Source: Trichomonas gallinae
Taxonomy: Eukaryota
NCBI GenBank assembly: GCA_008369845.1
Contig: MRSU01004809.1
Location: forward strand, 47,452 to 67,451
Length of the DNA stretch: 20,000 bases
Direction of reading: 5' to 3'
The first letter of the stretch is position 1. The number at the start of each line of letters is the position of its first letter. This document shows, piece after piece, positions 8,737-17,661 of the stretch. The translations under genes and the position numbers were made by a program. Below the pieces are notes generated by a model. The model made no database searches, was not told where the DNA came from, and saw only the letters and a program-made list of their open reading frames with translations.

Positions 8737-9275
8737 CAGTTATTAACATTCTTCTTTTTTTCGTGTTTTTTGTATAGGAAAGAACCGAAATCTTCACTTT
8801 ACCATCATTTTCATGGCCAATTGGAATCAATTACAGCAAATTCGCAAAAATTTTCCCAAAATATTTCCGATTAAAATAAATATTAACAAACAAATTCACA
8901 AAACAACCATATAACAGCATTTTAAATCAAAATATATCAACATTTATTACGTTAAAAATATCTTAATTCATACAAAATACCAAAATACAAAATATTTTTC
9001 TTTAAATATTAAACTTATCGTAAAAATTCATATTGAACGATACTATGCTACTTAACATAAGTTAATATTTTACTTTGAAATGATAAAATATTAGTAATTT
9101 TAAATTCGATCAAATGTAAAATATGTTTTATGGTTTTTGATTATATTGAGAAATTGTTACATGTCTAAGTTCCTCTTTATATTTATGTAGAAAAAAGAAA
9201 ATAAAAAAAGAATTAAATTTTGAAAGAATAAACTTTTAATGATATAAAATAGTATTACTGGGAAACACAAAAAAA

Positions 9276-11798
9276 TTACTCGTTTGTCTCAATGATTCTG
9301 ACGAGGACGTCTTCGAGCTGTTCTACGGAGAATGAGTAGCCTTCTAAGCCGAGCTTCTCCTTGTTCTCATCGAGGAAGGAGAGGAGGTCTGGGATTTCGC
9401 CGGAAACTGGCATTGTGATGGAGTCATCTCTCTCTTCGAGCATCTGTGCCTCTGGGACGTACTTCTGGACGGCCTTGAGGATGTCTGGCATAACTTCTGG
9501 CTCGGAGTCGACCTTGAGGACGTAACCACATTTGAACTTTGATCTGAGTTCTGTAGATGTGCCGCTGAATGGCAATTTACCTCTTGAAACGACGAACATT
9601 CTTGAGGAAACAGCTTCAGCTTCTTCGAGTGCGTGCGTTGTGATGATGCAAGTAGAGTTCTTGAGGTTAGAGATTGACTTCCAAATCAACTGTCTGGCCT
9701 GGACATCGACACCTGCTGTTGGCTCATCCATCATGATGATTGGTGGGTTACCGAGGAGTGCCATGGCAATGCAAAGCTTTCTCTTCTGACCACCTGAAAG
9801 ATCGCCAGCTCTGTTTGGAAGCATTTCCTTAAGCTGCAAGTTGTCTGCAAAGAAGTCGATGGACTCCTGAAGTGTCTGCTCGTCGATACCACGGATTCTG
9901 CCGAAGATTTCTAAGTGTTCGCGGATGGATAGAAGTTTGAAGATGACGTTGTCTTGGAAAACGATACCAAGGCAGTTCTGGATACCTGTGAACTGCTGTG
10001 ATGGGTCCTTGTCACCGAGAGCGAGTGTGCCGTGTGTTGATGGAATAGCGCCGGAAACGACGTTCAAGATGGAAGACTTACCAGCTCCGTTTGGACCGAT
10101 CATGACGATGATTTCGCCCTTCTTGATATCGAATGAGATATCATCGACAGCATTGACACCCTTTGATGTGTAGCGCTTGACGAGGTGCTCAACCTTGAGG
10201 ATTGACTCTTCGTCTCTGATGTTTTCGAGCTCGATTTCAGGAGCGACCTGGAGCTTGCACCTGAATAAATCGCGCCAGCGGATGAGTGGCGCACCGAAGC
10301 CTCTGTCGTTTGTAGCGTTGCACAAAAGGAACAAAAGACCCCAAATGACGATATCCAATGAGAGCCACATGAATGCGTACCAGATTGGGTATCTCAAGTC
10401 GTCTCTAGAAACGTCGCCCCAACCTAAGGCTGGTCTGTTGACACGGACTTCTTCGTACAAGACAGAGATGACGAGCTCGTATGAGACGAATGGGATGAGT
10501 GAGAAGACATGCTTGACACCATCTGGAGCATCGAGTGTGTAAACTTCATCCAAGTAACCGAAGAAGAGAATCAAGATGAGGAAGATGACAGTCAAGACTC
10601 TGCCTGTGCCTGCCTTTGTGAAGAATGTAGAGAAGAAGTTCTGGAACTGTGTGTATGAGAGGATGAAGAGGATGGAAAGGATCAAAAGCATGATGAAGTT
10701 TGTACCCTTCATACAGAGCCATGCGGAGAAGAGAATGTCCATGACTAAGTATGGAATGAAGCACATGACGAATGTGGAAACGATGTTGACGATCCAATAA
10801 GCTGGCTCACTGGCGCCCATCAAGAAGATGAATGTGAGCATGTGGGACTCCTTGTCGTTGAGGACCATGGAAAGATCTGGCATTGAGGCTAAAACCATTG
10901 GAATTGCTGCGAAGAAGGCAACGGCCATGTTAATTGGCATTTCGTTGGAAACTTTAGGTCTCATCATCTTTGCGGCTCTAATTTGTGGAGGATTGAAACC
11001 ATCACTGCCAGTTGGAGACAAACTGAGTTGTTTGATTAAGGCATCTTTTTGTTCAGCTGGAATTTGTGTATTACTTTGAATCGTAGCATTAATCTGAGCA
11101 TTAATTGCTGCATTAACTCCATTGACGGCTTTACCTGCTGCTTTAAATGCAGCTGCAGCAAGGGCATCAACGTTTCTGTTGAAAATCATGACAAGATTCT
11201 GGTTTTCAAATACATGAGCTGTGAAATTAGACCACCAAAGTGAGTCATTCCAGTTATCCCACCAGATACCATTGGAAAATGAGTCGTGGTGGTCGAAGTT
11301 TATCTTAACATCATCGTAATTTTTAACATATGTGAATTGGTCGGAAACGTTAACCGTTCTGATGATTGACTTATTTAGATCACCTGTTTCAGCATATTTC
11401 TTGAGGTCTAGGATAGGAAGAAGTTTGCTACCCCAAGTACTTGCAATAATCGTATGTAACATTTCTGACTGTTCAGGTCCGGCGACGAAGTTACCACCAC
11501 GGCCAAGCTCTAATAACTTCATGTATTGAGTGACTACGTTTTCGAAAAGGCCATCTGAGGACATAACTTCTGTTTTTTCTACCGGGTCCATAGGGTTATC
11601 AGCAACATTCCAGAAAACAATCAGAATGCAGATGATAACAGTTGCGATAATCTCGGATACGATTGTACCGGCATCACGGAGCTTGCATAAGAAAGATCTC
11701 CTGAAAAGGGAATTTAATGTTCTAGTGAAGGAGGGATGGCGATCTGTCCAAAGGCCTCCTGGAGTGCTTGAAGCGGTGTTCGCTTTCTCTTGACTCAT
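9276..11798 (-). CDS. ABCA-subfamily half transporter (TMD with extracellular domain + NBD), N-half-like
   Basis: SLFRRSFLCKLRD plus TM1, a large extracellular loop and further TM helices. Walker A GPNGAGKSS, Q-loop VFQDN, signature LSGGQKRKL, Walker B/D-loop IMMDEPTAGVD, H-loop TTHALEEAE, and ABCA-type tails LRSKFKCGYVL and YSFSVEQLEDVL. Confidence 0.95.
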   Translation of the reverse strand: MSQEKANTASSTPGGLWTDRHPSFTRTLNSLFRRSFLCKLRDAGTIVSEIIATVIICILIVFWNVADNPMDPVEKTEVMSSDGLFENVVTQYMKLLELGRGGNFVAGPEQSEMLHTIIASTWGSKLLPILDLKKYAETGDLNKSIIRTVNVSDQFTYVKNYDDVKINFDHHDSFSNGIWWDNWNDSLWWSNFTAHVFENQNLVMIFNRNVDALAAAAFKAAGKAVNGVNAAINAQINATIQSNTQIPAEQKDALIKQLSLSPTGSDGFNPPQIRAAKMMRPKVSNEMPINMAVAFFAAIPMVLASMPDLSMVLNDKESHMLTFIFLMGASEPAYWIVNIVSTFVMCFIPYLVMDILFSAWLCMKGTNFIMLLILSILFILSYTQFQNFFSTFFTKAGTGRVLTVIFLILILFFGYLDEVYTLDAPDGVKHVFSLIPFVSYELVISVLYEEVRVNRPALGWGDVSRDDLRYPIWYAFMWLSLDIVIWGLLFLLCNATNDRGFGAPLIRWRDLFRCKLQVAPEIELENIRDEESILKVEHLVKRYTSKGVNAVDDISFDIKKGEIIVMIGPNGAGKSSILNVVSGAIPSTHGTLALGDKDPSQQFTGIQNCLGIVFQDNVIFKLLSIREHLEIFGRIRGIDEQTLQESIDFFADNLQLKEMLPNRAGDLSGGQKRKLCIAMALLGNPPIIMMDEPTAGVDVQARQLIWKSISNLKNSTCIITTHALEEAEAVSSRMFVVSRGKLPFSGTSTELRSKFKCGYVLKVDSEPEVMPDILKAVQKYVPEAQMLEERDDSITMPVSGEIPDLLSFLDENKEKLGLEGYSFSVEQLEDVLVRIIETNE

Positions 11799-12426
11799 TG
11801 TACTTAAAATGAAACTTGTCCGCTAATTCAAGAGAGTTCTTAGCATCCTCTCAATCCACCGATTAAATTGAATGATGTTCTGAATATTTTCTTAGTGGTA
11901 TTGAAAAATTGTGAGAAGTGATCGCATTCCTTTTTTATGCTCAAAGCGATCATTTTCTGATGCTTTGTTAACAAACAGTCTAAAAACCAATATTATAGCA
12001 TAATACTAATGTTATGCTTTTTTAACAAAATTTTGAAAATTTTGTGCGATATTATAAACAAACACAATAAATATAGCATAATAATGAAGTTTTGAAAATT
12101 TTTGAGAATTTTGAATTGATTTATGGGTATGTAGTATTAGAATCAATATTAGAGAATAATTTAAAAGTTTTGCGTTATTGAAAAAAAAATTGAAAATTTT
12201 GCTTCTAAAAATTTTATTGTATACTGTTTGTAGATCAAAATTTAAATTATTTTTGGAGAACGAAAGTTCGGAATTTTATTATTTTGTTAAAATCTCATGT
12301 CTATGAGATGTGTAGAGCATAATTATGAGGGAGATCCGGAATAAAATTTTATGTTTCAAAAATTGAGAGGACGATGCGATCAAAATTGAGAAATAAATCG
12401 GTCATTAGAATTTTATTATTTTTATT
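11799..12426. promoter_or_regulatory. Bidirectional promoter region of the divergent ABCA pair
   Basis: 628-bp head-to-head spacer. Inr-like TCATT lies at 11808-11812 (-) and 12402-12406 (+). Mirrored ATTGAGAGGA, ATGCGATCA and AATCGGT occur on the sense strand of each gene. Confidence 0.7.
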
Positions 12427-15090
12427 ATGCCTGGAAATGACAATGTACATACAGGTGATGACAGGAACGTCTCACCGCAGGTATCCCCACGTCAATCAAG
12501 CATTTCTCCGCGCTCATCACGCGTCCAGAGGAGAACGACCGACATCATGACGGCCAACCCAGAGATGGATGAGAACGTGGAGAGGGAGAACGACGCTAAG
12601 TACCATCCAGCCGCTGCACAGTTCAAAGCTATGTTCTATAGGCGCTGGATCGGTATAAAGCGTTCAATTGGATCTGTGATTGCCAACATTCTTGTTACCT
12701 TGGTCGTTTCATGTTTGGCTATCATCGTCAAAGTCCTTATGGATTCCTTAATCGCTGACCAAATTACTCCATACAATTTCAGTGCTTTCACAGTCAAGCC
12801 ATATGACTTAGCAGTCGTTGCAAGTGGTATAGCAGACAACTTTACCAACAAGACATTCCAGATCAAGTATATAAAGATCATTCAGGACCTGTTCAGAGAA
12901 GATATGGGATATGACGCAAATATGCATCTTTTCTCCAACATCGACGATTGCAACCAGTTCTTGTATGATTGCAAAGAGAACTCCACATTTGTCCCAATGG
13001 GTATCGTCCTTCCAGATACCTTCAACCCAGAAGGCAACAACAATTTAACAATGCTCTGGAACGATACTGTCTCAATGAACGTCAACACACTCTTGTTCTC
13101 TAACAACTCACTTATCTCGTACTGCAACATCTACAGGATCGAGTACGCAATGCTCACAACAGTTGTCAACCTCACAGAAGCCGCACTCGCTCTTCCACAG
13201 TACGCGCCAATGATCAAGCAATTCCAGCCAACTATCGAAGCTGTTTACAAGAACTATAGCCTCGACAGTCACTACAACTTCAACATCATCTACTCATTAC
13301 TCGCAGGCCAGGGTAGAGATATCATTTTCTCTGTCGTCGCTCCTCTTTTGATTGCAGCTGGTTTGACAAGCATCATAACAACAGTTATCACTGTCCCAAT
13401 CACAGATATTCAAGGCCCAATTCGTGCTTACATGGTTTCCTGCAATCTTGAGATTCTCCCATATTGGGTTGTCACATTCTTGTTCGATTTCATCATCTGG
13501 ATCATCGAAGTCACACTTGTTTGGGCTCTTTTCGTCGCCTGCGACATCCCTGTCTTCAGGAAGAACCTCGGCCCATCTTATTACATTTTGTTCATCTGCG
13601 GTCCAGCTATGATCCTTTACATTTACGCAATCTCATTCCTCTTCTCCAACGCAGATTCTGCTTCAAGAAACGCTTTCATCTGCAACATTATCTTGCTTAT
13701 CATCCCAATCATTGTCACACTCGTCACACTGGACTTCAACGATCCACTCGGCTCCATCCAGAAGACGAACTGGTGCGGTTGGATCTACGGCTTATTCCCT
13801 CCACTTCTCCTTGAAGGTTACATGCAGCAGGTCTTCATCACATATAACTACAACACAGAAGGCCTCAAGTACTACTTCAAGAACGAATCTTCCGCACAGC
13901 CATACTCCATCTACGCATTCACAGACATTGTTCTCTATGTTATCATCATCACACTCATCGAAAGATGGAGACTTTACATACAGAGAAAGGCCGCTAAGTC
14001 CAACTTCGGTGACTACCACGAATTCTTCGAGGAGCAGAAGAAGAAGCACCCAGTCACACAGGAAGCTCACGATATGGAAAAGGAAGTCGAGGAAGCTTCA
14101 GGCGAAGACTACGCTGTCAGAATTCACAACGTCTCCAGACTTTTCTTCAACACAGAAGGCAAGCCAATTCCAGCTGTCAACTGCGTCTCTCTCGGTGTCA
14201 AGAAAGGCTCTTTGTTCGGCTTCCTTGGTGCTAACGGTGCAGGTAAGACAACATTAATCAACATGATCACATCACTTCTTCCACCATCTGACGGAACAAT
14301 TGAGATCAACGGCAAGGATATTATGACAGACAACGATCCATCTTTGCTCGCTGTCTGCCCACAGTTCAACACACACCTTTGCATGGATATGACAATCTCA
14401 GAGCACTTCCACTTCTACTCTTTGTTACACAAGATGAGCCCAGATCACGAGAAGAGAAACTCACAGAGACTTCTTTCTCTCCTTGACTTGGAAGAACTCA
14501 AGGACATCCCAATCAGAGAGTTGTCTGAAGGTGACCAGAGAAAGCTTGCTATTGCTCTTTCCTTCCTCGGCAGAGCCAAGATCATCCTTCTCGATGAGCC
14601 AACAGCCACACTCGATCCAGTCTCAAGAAGACAAGTCCACGAAATGATTCTCTACTACAAGGGCCAGAAGACATTCATGCTTTGCACACACTTGTTGTCT
14701 GAAGCTGAAGCTCTCTGCGACAACATCTCTATCATGATCAAGGGTAACGTTTACACTGTTGGTTCTCCCCAGTATCTTCAGTCCAAGTTCGGCACAGACT
14801 TCAAGATTGATATGCAGTTGAAGGATGAATCAGAAGAGACAGCACAGAAGGTAGATAAGTTCTTCACAGAAAACATCCCGCAGGCACAGATCTCCATCAA
14901 GCGTCCAATCGCTAGAATATACAACGTTCTCGCTTCCTCCATCAACTTGGGTAATTTGTTCAAGAAGATGGAGTCAGGAAAGAAAGGCGACAACGGCTTC
15001 CTTTATTACACTTGCTCTTCTTCTTCACTCGAAAAGGTGTTCATGGAAATTGTTAGAATATCTGAGGGCGATGAGGGTACTATCATGTAA
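12427..15090 (+). CDS. ABCA-subfamily half transporter (TMD with extracellular domain + NBD), C-half-like, degenerate signature motif
   Basis: QFKAMFYRRWIGIKRS plus TM1, an extracellular domain with several N-x-S/T sequons, and TM helices. Walker A FGFLGANGAGKTT, CPQFN, signature LSEGDQRKL, LLDEPTATLDP, CTHLLSEAEALC, GSPQYLQSKFG, SSSLEKVFMEIV. Confidence 0.95.
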   Translation: MPGNDNVHTGDDRNVSPQVSPRQSSISPRSSRVQRRTTDIMTANPEMDENVERENDAKYHPAAAQFKAMFYRRWIGIKRSIGSVIANILVTLVVSCLAIIVKVLMDSLIADQITPYNFSAFTVKPYDLAVVASGIADNFTNKTFQIKYIKIIQDLFREDMGYDANMHLFSNIDDCNQFLYDCKENSTFVPMGIVLPDTFNPEGNNNLTMLWNDTVSMNVNTLLFSNNSLISYCNIYRIEYAMLTTVVNLTEAALALPQYAPMIKQFQPTIEAVYKNYSLDSHYNFNIIYSLLAGQGRDIIFSVVAPLLIAAGLTSIITTVITVPITDIQGPIRAYMVSCNLEILPYWVVTFLFDFIIWIIEVTLVWALFVACDIPVFRKNLGPSYYILFICGPAMILYIYAISFLFSNADSASRNAFICNIILLIIPIIVTLVTLDFNDPLGSIQKTNWCGWIYGLFPPLLLEGYMQQVFITYNYNTEGLKYYFKNESSAQPYSIYAFTDIVLYVIIITLIERWRLYIQRKAAKSNFGDYHEFFEEQKKKHPVTQEAHDMEKEVEEASGEDYAVRIHNVSRLFFNTEGKPIPAVNCVSLGVKKGSLFGFLGANGAGKTTLINMITSLLPPSDGTIEINGKDIMTDNDPSLLAVCPQFNTHLCMDMTISEHFHFYSLLHKMSPDHEKRNSQRLLSLLDLEELKDIPIRELSEGDQRKLAIALSFLGRAKIILLDEPTATLDPVSRRQVHEMILYYKGQKTFMLCTHLLSEAEALCDNISIMIKGNVYTVGSPQYLQSKFGTDFKIDMQLKDESEETAQKVDKFFTENIPQAQISIKRPIARIYNVLASSINLGNLFKKMESGKKGDNGFLYYTCSSSSLEKVFMEIVRISEGDEGTIM

Positions 15091-15096
15091 TTTCGA

Positions 15097-15151
15097 TAAA
15101 ACTATCTATTATATATTTTATTAATTCAATCTTAGTTTTTTTTTTTTTTTT
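15097..15151 (+). terminator. Candidate 3'-end processing signals (TAAA ... AATT ... T-run)
   Basis: TAAA at 15097-15100 just after the stop, AATT at 15123-15126 and a T16 run at 15136-15151. This resembles the trichomonad UAAA / AAUU / U-rich arrangement. Confidence 0.35.
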
Positions 15152-15871
15152 ATTTACTTTTATGGTGAAATCACTCCATTATACTTGGCGCTATAAAGGC
15201 AAAATTAATTAAAATATATTTGGGATATTTAGGAATTCATCAAAACAATGTTTATTTCATTTGCTCATTGAGGAAATAACAAAAATGGTGTTTATTGATG
15301 GTTAACGCTTCTATATTTCAAAAAAATGGCTTCAAGTTCTTAAGAAATATATCGGCTAATGCATTCATATGTTTTTTCGTATTTTCTTTAAGTTATTTCT
15401 ACATTTTATTGGAACATTCAGATGATATATATTCATGAAATGACACTGATAAAGATGAGTATGCGCAAATATGGCGAATAAGCTTAACATTGATGCAAAT
15501 ATTATCCATAGAAAAAAAAAAGAATAATTCGAAACAAATGTAATATCGACATGTCAATGATTATGTAATTATTCTACAATCAAAAATATGTGATGCATCT
15601 ATTGATAAATAAAATCAGTTGCAATTTCCACATAGTGTTGTGATGCAGATCTGATCTCGAAATAAATATAATAAATTTTGATATAATTATCAACTTTATA
15701 AACAATAAAACAATACAATGTATAATATATTAACATGCAGGAAAATCCAAATATCATGTTTGAAATTTCCCTTTATAAACAAATCATCATGGATAAAATC
15801 TTCTATGCTTACATAATATTTGAGCATCCTTCTATTAACTATATCTATTTTTTTCTAACCTCAGCGACGCT

Positions 15872-15945
15872 TCTGACAAATGTCAGACAAGGGTTGTATT
15901 TACGTGTCAAATTTGTCGCGACAAAATATGACACTTTACATGTCA
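15872..15945. repeat. Palindrome cluster plus two TTTACRTGTCA copies immediately 3' of the glycosyltransferase gene
   Basis: TCTGACA-AA-TGTCAGA (15872-15887). Perfect TTTGTCGCGACAAA (15912-15925) nested in GTGTCA...TGACAC (15904-15934). TTTACGTGTCA at 15899-15909 and TTTACATGTCA at 15935-15945. Confidence 0.8.
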
Positions 15946-15959
15946 CCGCAAAAATAAAC

Positions 15960-17390
15960 TTACGTAATAATGCATTCTTCTCTAGCCTTGATCATATCAT
16001 TTACTGCAATATCTGAATTGTTACATTTAATCTCTCGTTCTAATGTCCGAAGATAAGTGAAACGGACAGAATTTGTTTTAAAAGCCTCATCAAAAGTCAA
16101 CGAGTAGTCATCAAAATCGTCAATATGTTGCTTGATATAGTTCATGTCTAAAAACGGAGTGTATTTCTCTGTTGATGCATATTTGCCCTTATTGATTGCG
16201 CTGAGTATATTTGATAAATGAGAAAAGAACTCTTCCTTTTTAATTTCTATCTTATAGACTTCGTAAAATGATTTTTCTGAAATCTTGTAATATATCATAA
16301 ATATATCTAAATAGTAAGTATTAGAAACTGCTAATTCGATTGTGCAAGTTGACAGAACGATTATTCCCGTCCTTTTCTTCATGAAAATAGTGTTTGCGCA
16401 ACTTGATCCTTGTGGAGTTACCAACACTTTTGATGATGCGATAATTTTCGCGAATTCTATGATGTCTGTGATTGAAGTGTTCACCTGGTTCCATATATAT
16501 TCTGGATATATATTTTTTCCTTCTTCTATTATATCACTTAAGTTAACAAGCGTTCTATGATAAGATTTAATTCTATTCAAAAAATTAATATGATTCGGTT
16601 CTATCTTATCCAAATTCAATCTTTTTCTTAGTGTTTCTGCTAGCAAAGCATATGACTCTGTGTTTCGTCCGAGCAGTTCTACGTTGTTCTTCAAAAATAT
16701 CAATTCTTTCGCAAAAACTAAGCCGTCGTTTATAAAAATTACTCTCGACTCATTAAATCCGAGGATTTTCAAATACTGCTTGCACATTGTTTCGTTGAAC
16801 GCGCCGAGAATGTAAGCATCCTCGAAGTACTTTTTGGGTATCAATAAAATGCCTGTTAAATAATCGTATATAAAGTGTCCAAATATTATTTGCCAATTTG
16901 TATTTACGCAAACTAATTTGTCAACGTATAACTTAATATGAAGTCTCTCGACCGAATGAATAGCATTTGGTTTGTCCCAAAAGAGAATATTGTGATTTTC
17001 TGCATAGAAAGATCCGTTTGAATTCGTGCAAATGTTTTTAAATTTTATTATTGATTCTGTTTGCCGGAAAAAAGCTAATGGGTAGTAAAATACTGATTGG
17101 TTCGGATTGTTACTTTTGAAGTATGGTTCATTAAAGCCAAATTTTAGCTGATTTTTATAAATTGGAAAAAATGTTTTGTTCAGCAAGAGTGTTTCACTGA
17201 CAACTGTATAGTTCAATTTACGATAATGTATATTACCTAATACCAGAACGGAATCGATCAATGAATATGAAGTATTTAATTTCATGCTAAAGATGATGGA
17301 AAACAAAATTTCACACAACATGAGAGTGTAGAATCTGGTTGGATTGAATAATCCTCTGTTGCTTCTATAATGATATTTGAAAACATACAT
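15960..17390 (-). CDS. Glycosyltransferase family 61 (DUF563)-like type II membrane protein
   Basis: N-terminal hydrophobic anchor FYTLMLCEILFSIIFSM. IFGHFIYDYL matches the GT61 'Y/FgHf..D/E.L' motif, INFLNR...RTLVN matches 'i.R...R.i.N', and SKVLVTPQGSSCANTIFMKKRTGII matches 'a.vivgpHGAgl.N.iF'. The first in-frame ATG is at 17390; the track start at 17414 is TTG. Confidence 0.8.
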   Translation of the reverse strand: MYVFKYHYRSNRGLFNPTRFYTLMLCEILFSIIFSMKLNTSYSLIDSVLVLGNIHYRKLNYTVVSETLLLNKTFFPIYKNQLKFGFNEPYFKSNNPNQSVFYYPLAFFRQTESIIKFKNICTNSNGSFYAENHNILFWDKPNAIHSVERLHIKLYVDKLVCVNTNWQIIFGHFIYDYLTGILLIPKKYFEDAYILGAFNETMCKQYLKILGFNESRVIFINDGLVFAKELIFLKNNVELLGRNTESYALLAETLRKRLNLDKIEPNHINFLNRIKSYHRTLVNLSDIIEEGKNIYPEYIWNQVNTSITDIIEFAKIIASSKVLVTPQGSSCANTIFMKKRTGIIVLSTCTIELAVSNTYYLDIFMIYYKISEKSFYEVYKIEIKKEEFFSHLSNILSAINKGKYASTEKYTPFLDMNYIKQHIDDFDDYSLTFDEAFKTNSVRFTYLRTLEREIKCNNSDIAVNDMIKAREECIIT

Positions 17391-17661
17391 AAAAAATTTA
17401 TTTAGAATTTTCAATTCATTCAGAAATTTTTCTATAGTTTGAAATGATCTCCGATTCAGAATTCAATTAATAATTTGAATATCTTACGAAATATTTGTCG
17501 ATGACATGATATTAAAGTATTCAATTTTGAGACATTTTACTCATCTTTTTATACTATATTTAGAAGCTGTATCACATGTCAAGCAAAAATGGGTGACTAA
17601 GTATCAGTATTAGATGTGTCCAAGGAATCTGTCATAAGACATATTGATGTAAGTTATTTAA

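Noticed and set aside
11967..11978. GTTAACAAACAG resembling a trichomonad intron 3' end
   Set aside because: Lacks the CTAAC branch point and a suitably placed GT donor, and is intergenic.
11994..12201. TATAGCATAAT x2 and TTGAAAATTTT x3 in the ABCA spacer
   Set aside because: Very AT-rich words likely to recur by chance or local slippage, so not counted as regulatory evidence.
9344..14993. Numerous alternative-frame and antisense ORFs inside the ABCA genes
   Set aside because: Fully nested in well-supported CDSs. They are explained by codon bias and show no motifs.
15904..15984. Helitron 3' end (hairpin plus CTAG)
   Set aside because: The nearest CTAG is about 46 nt from the hairpin and inside the GT61 CDS, so the spacing does not fit.
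15735..16016. 93-aa plus-strand ORF
   Set aside because: AT-rich with no homology cues. It runs through the palindrome cluster and overlaps the GT61 3' end antisense.
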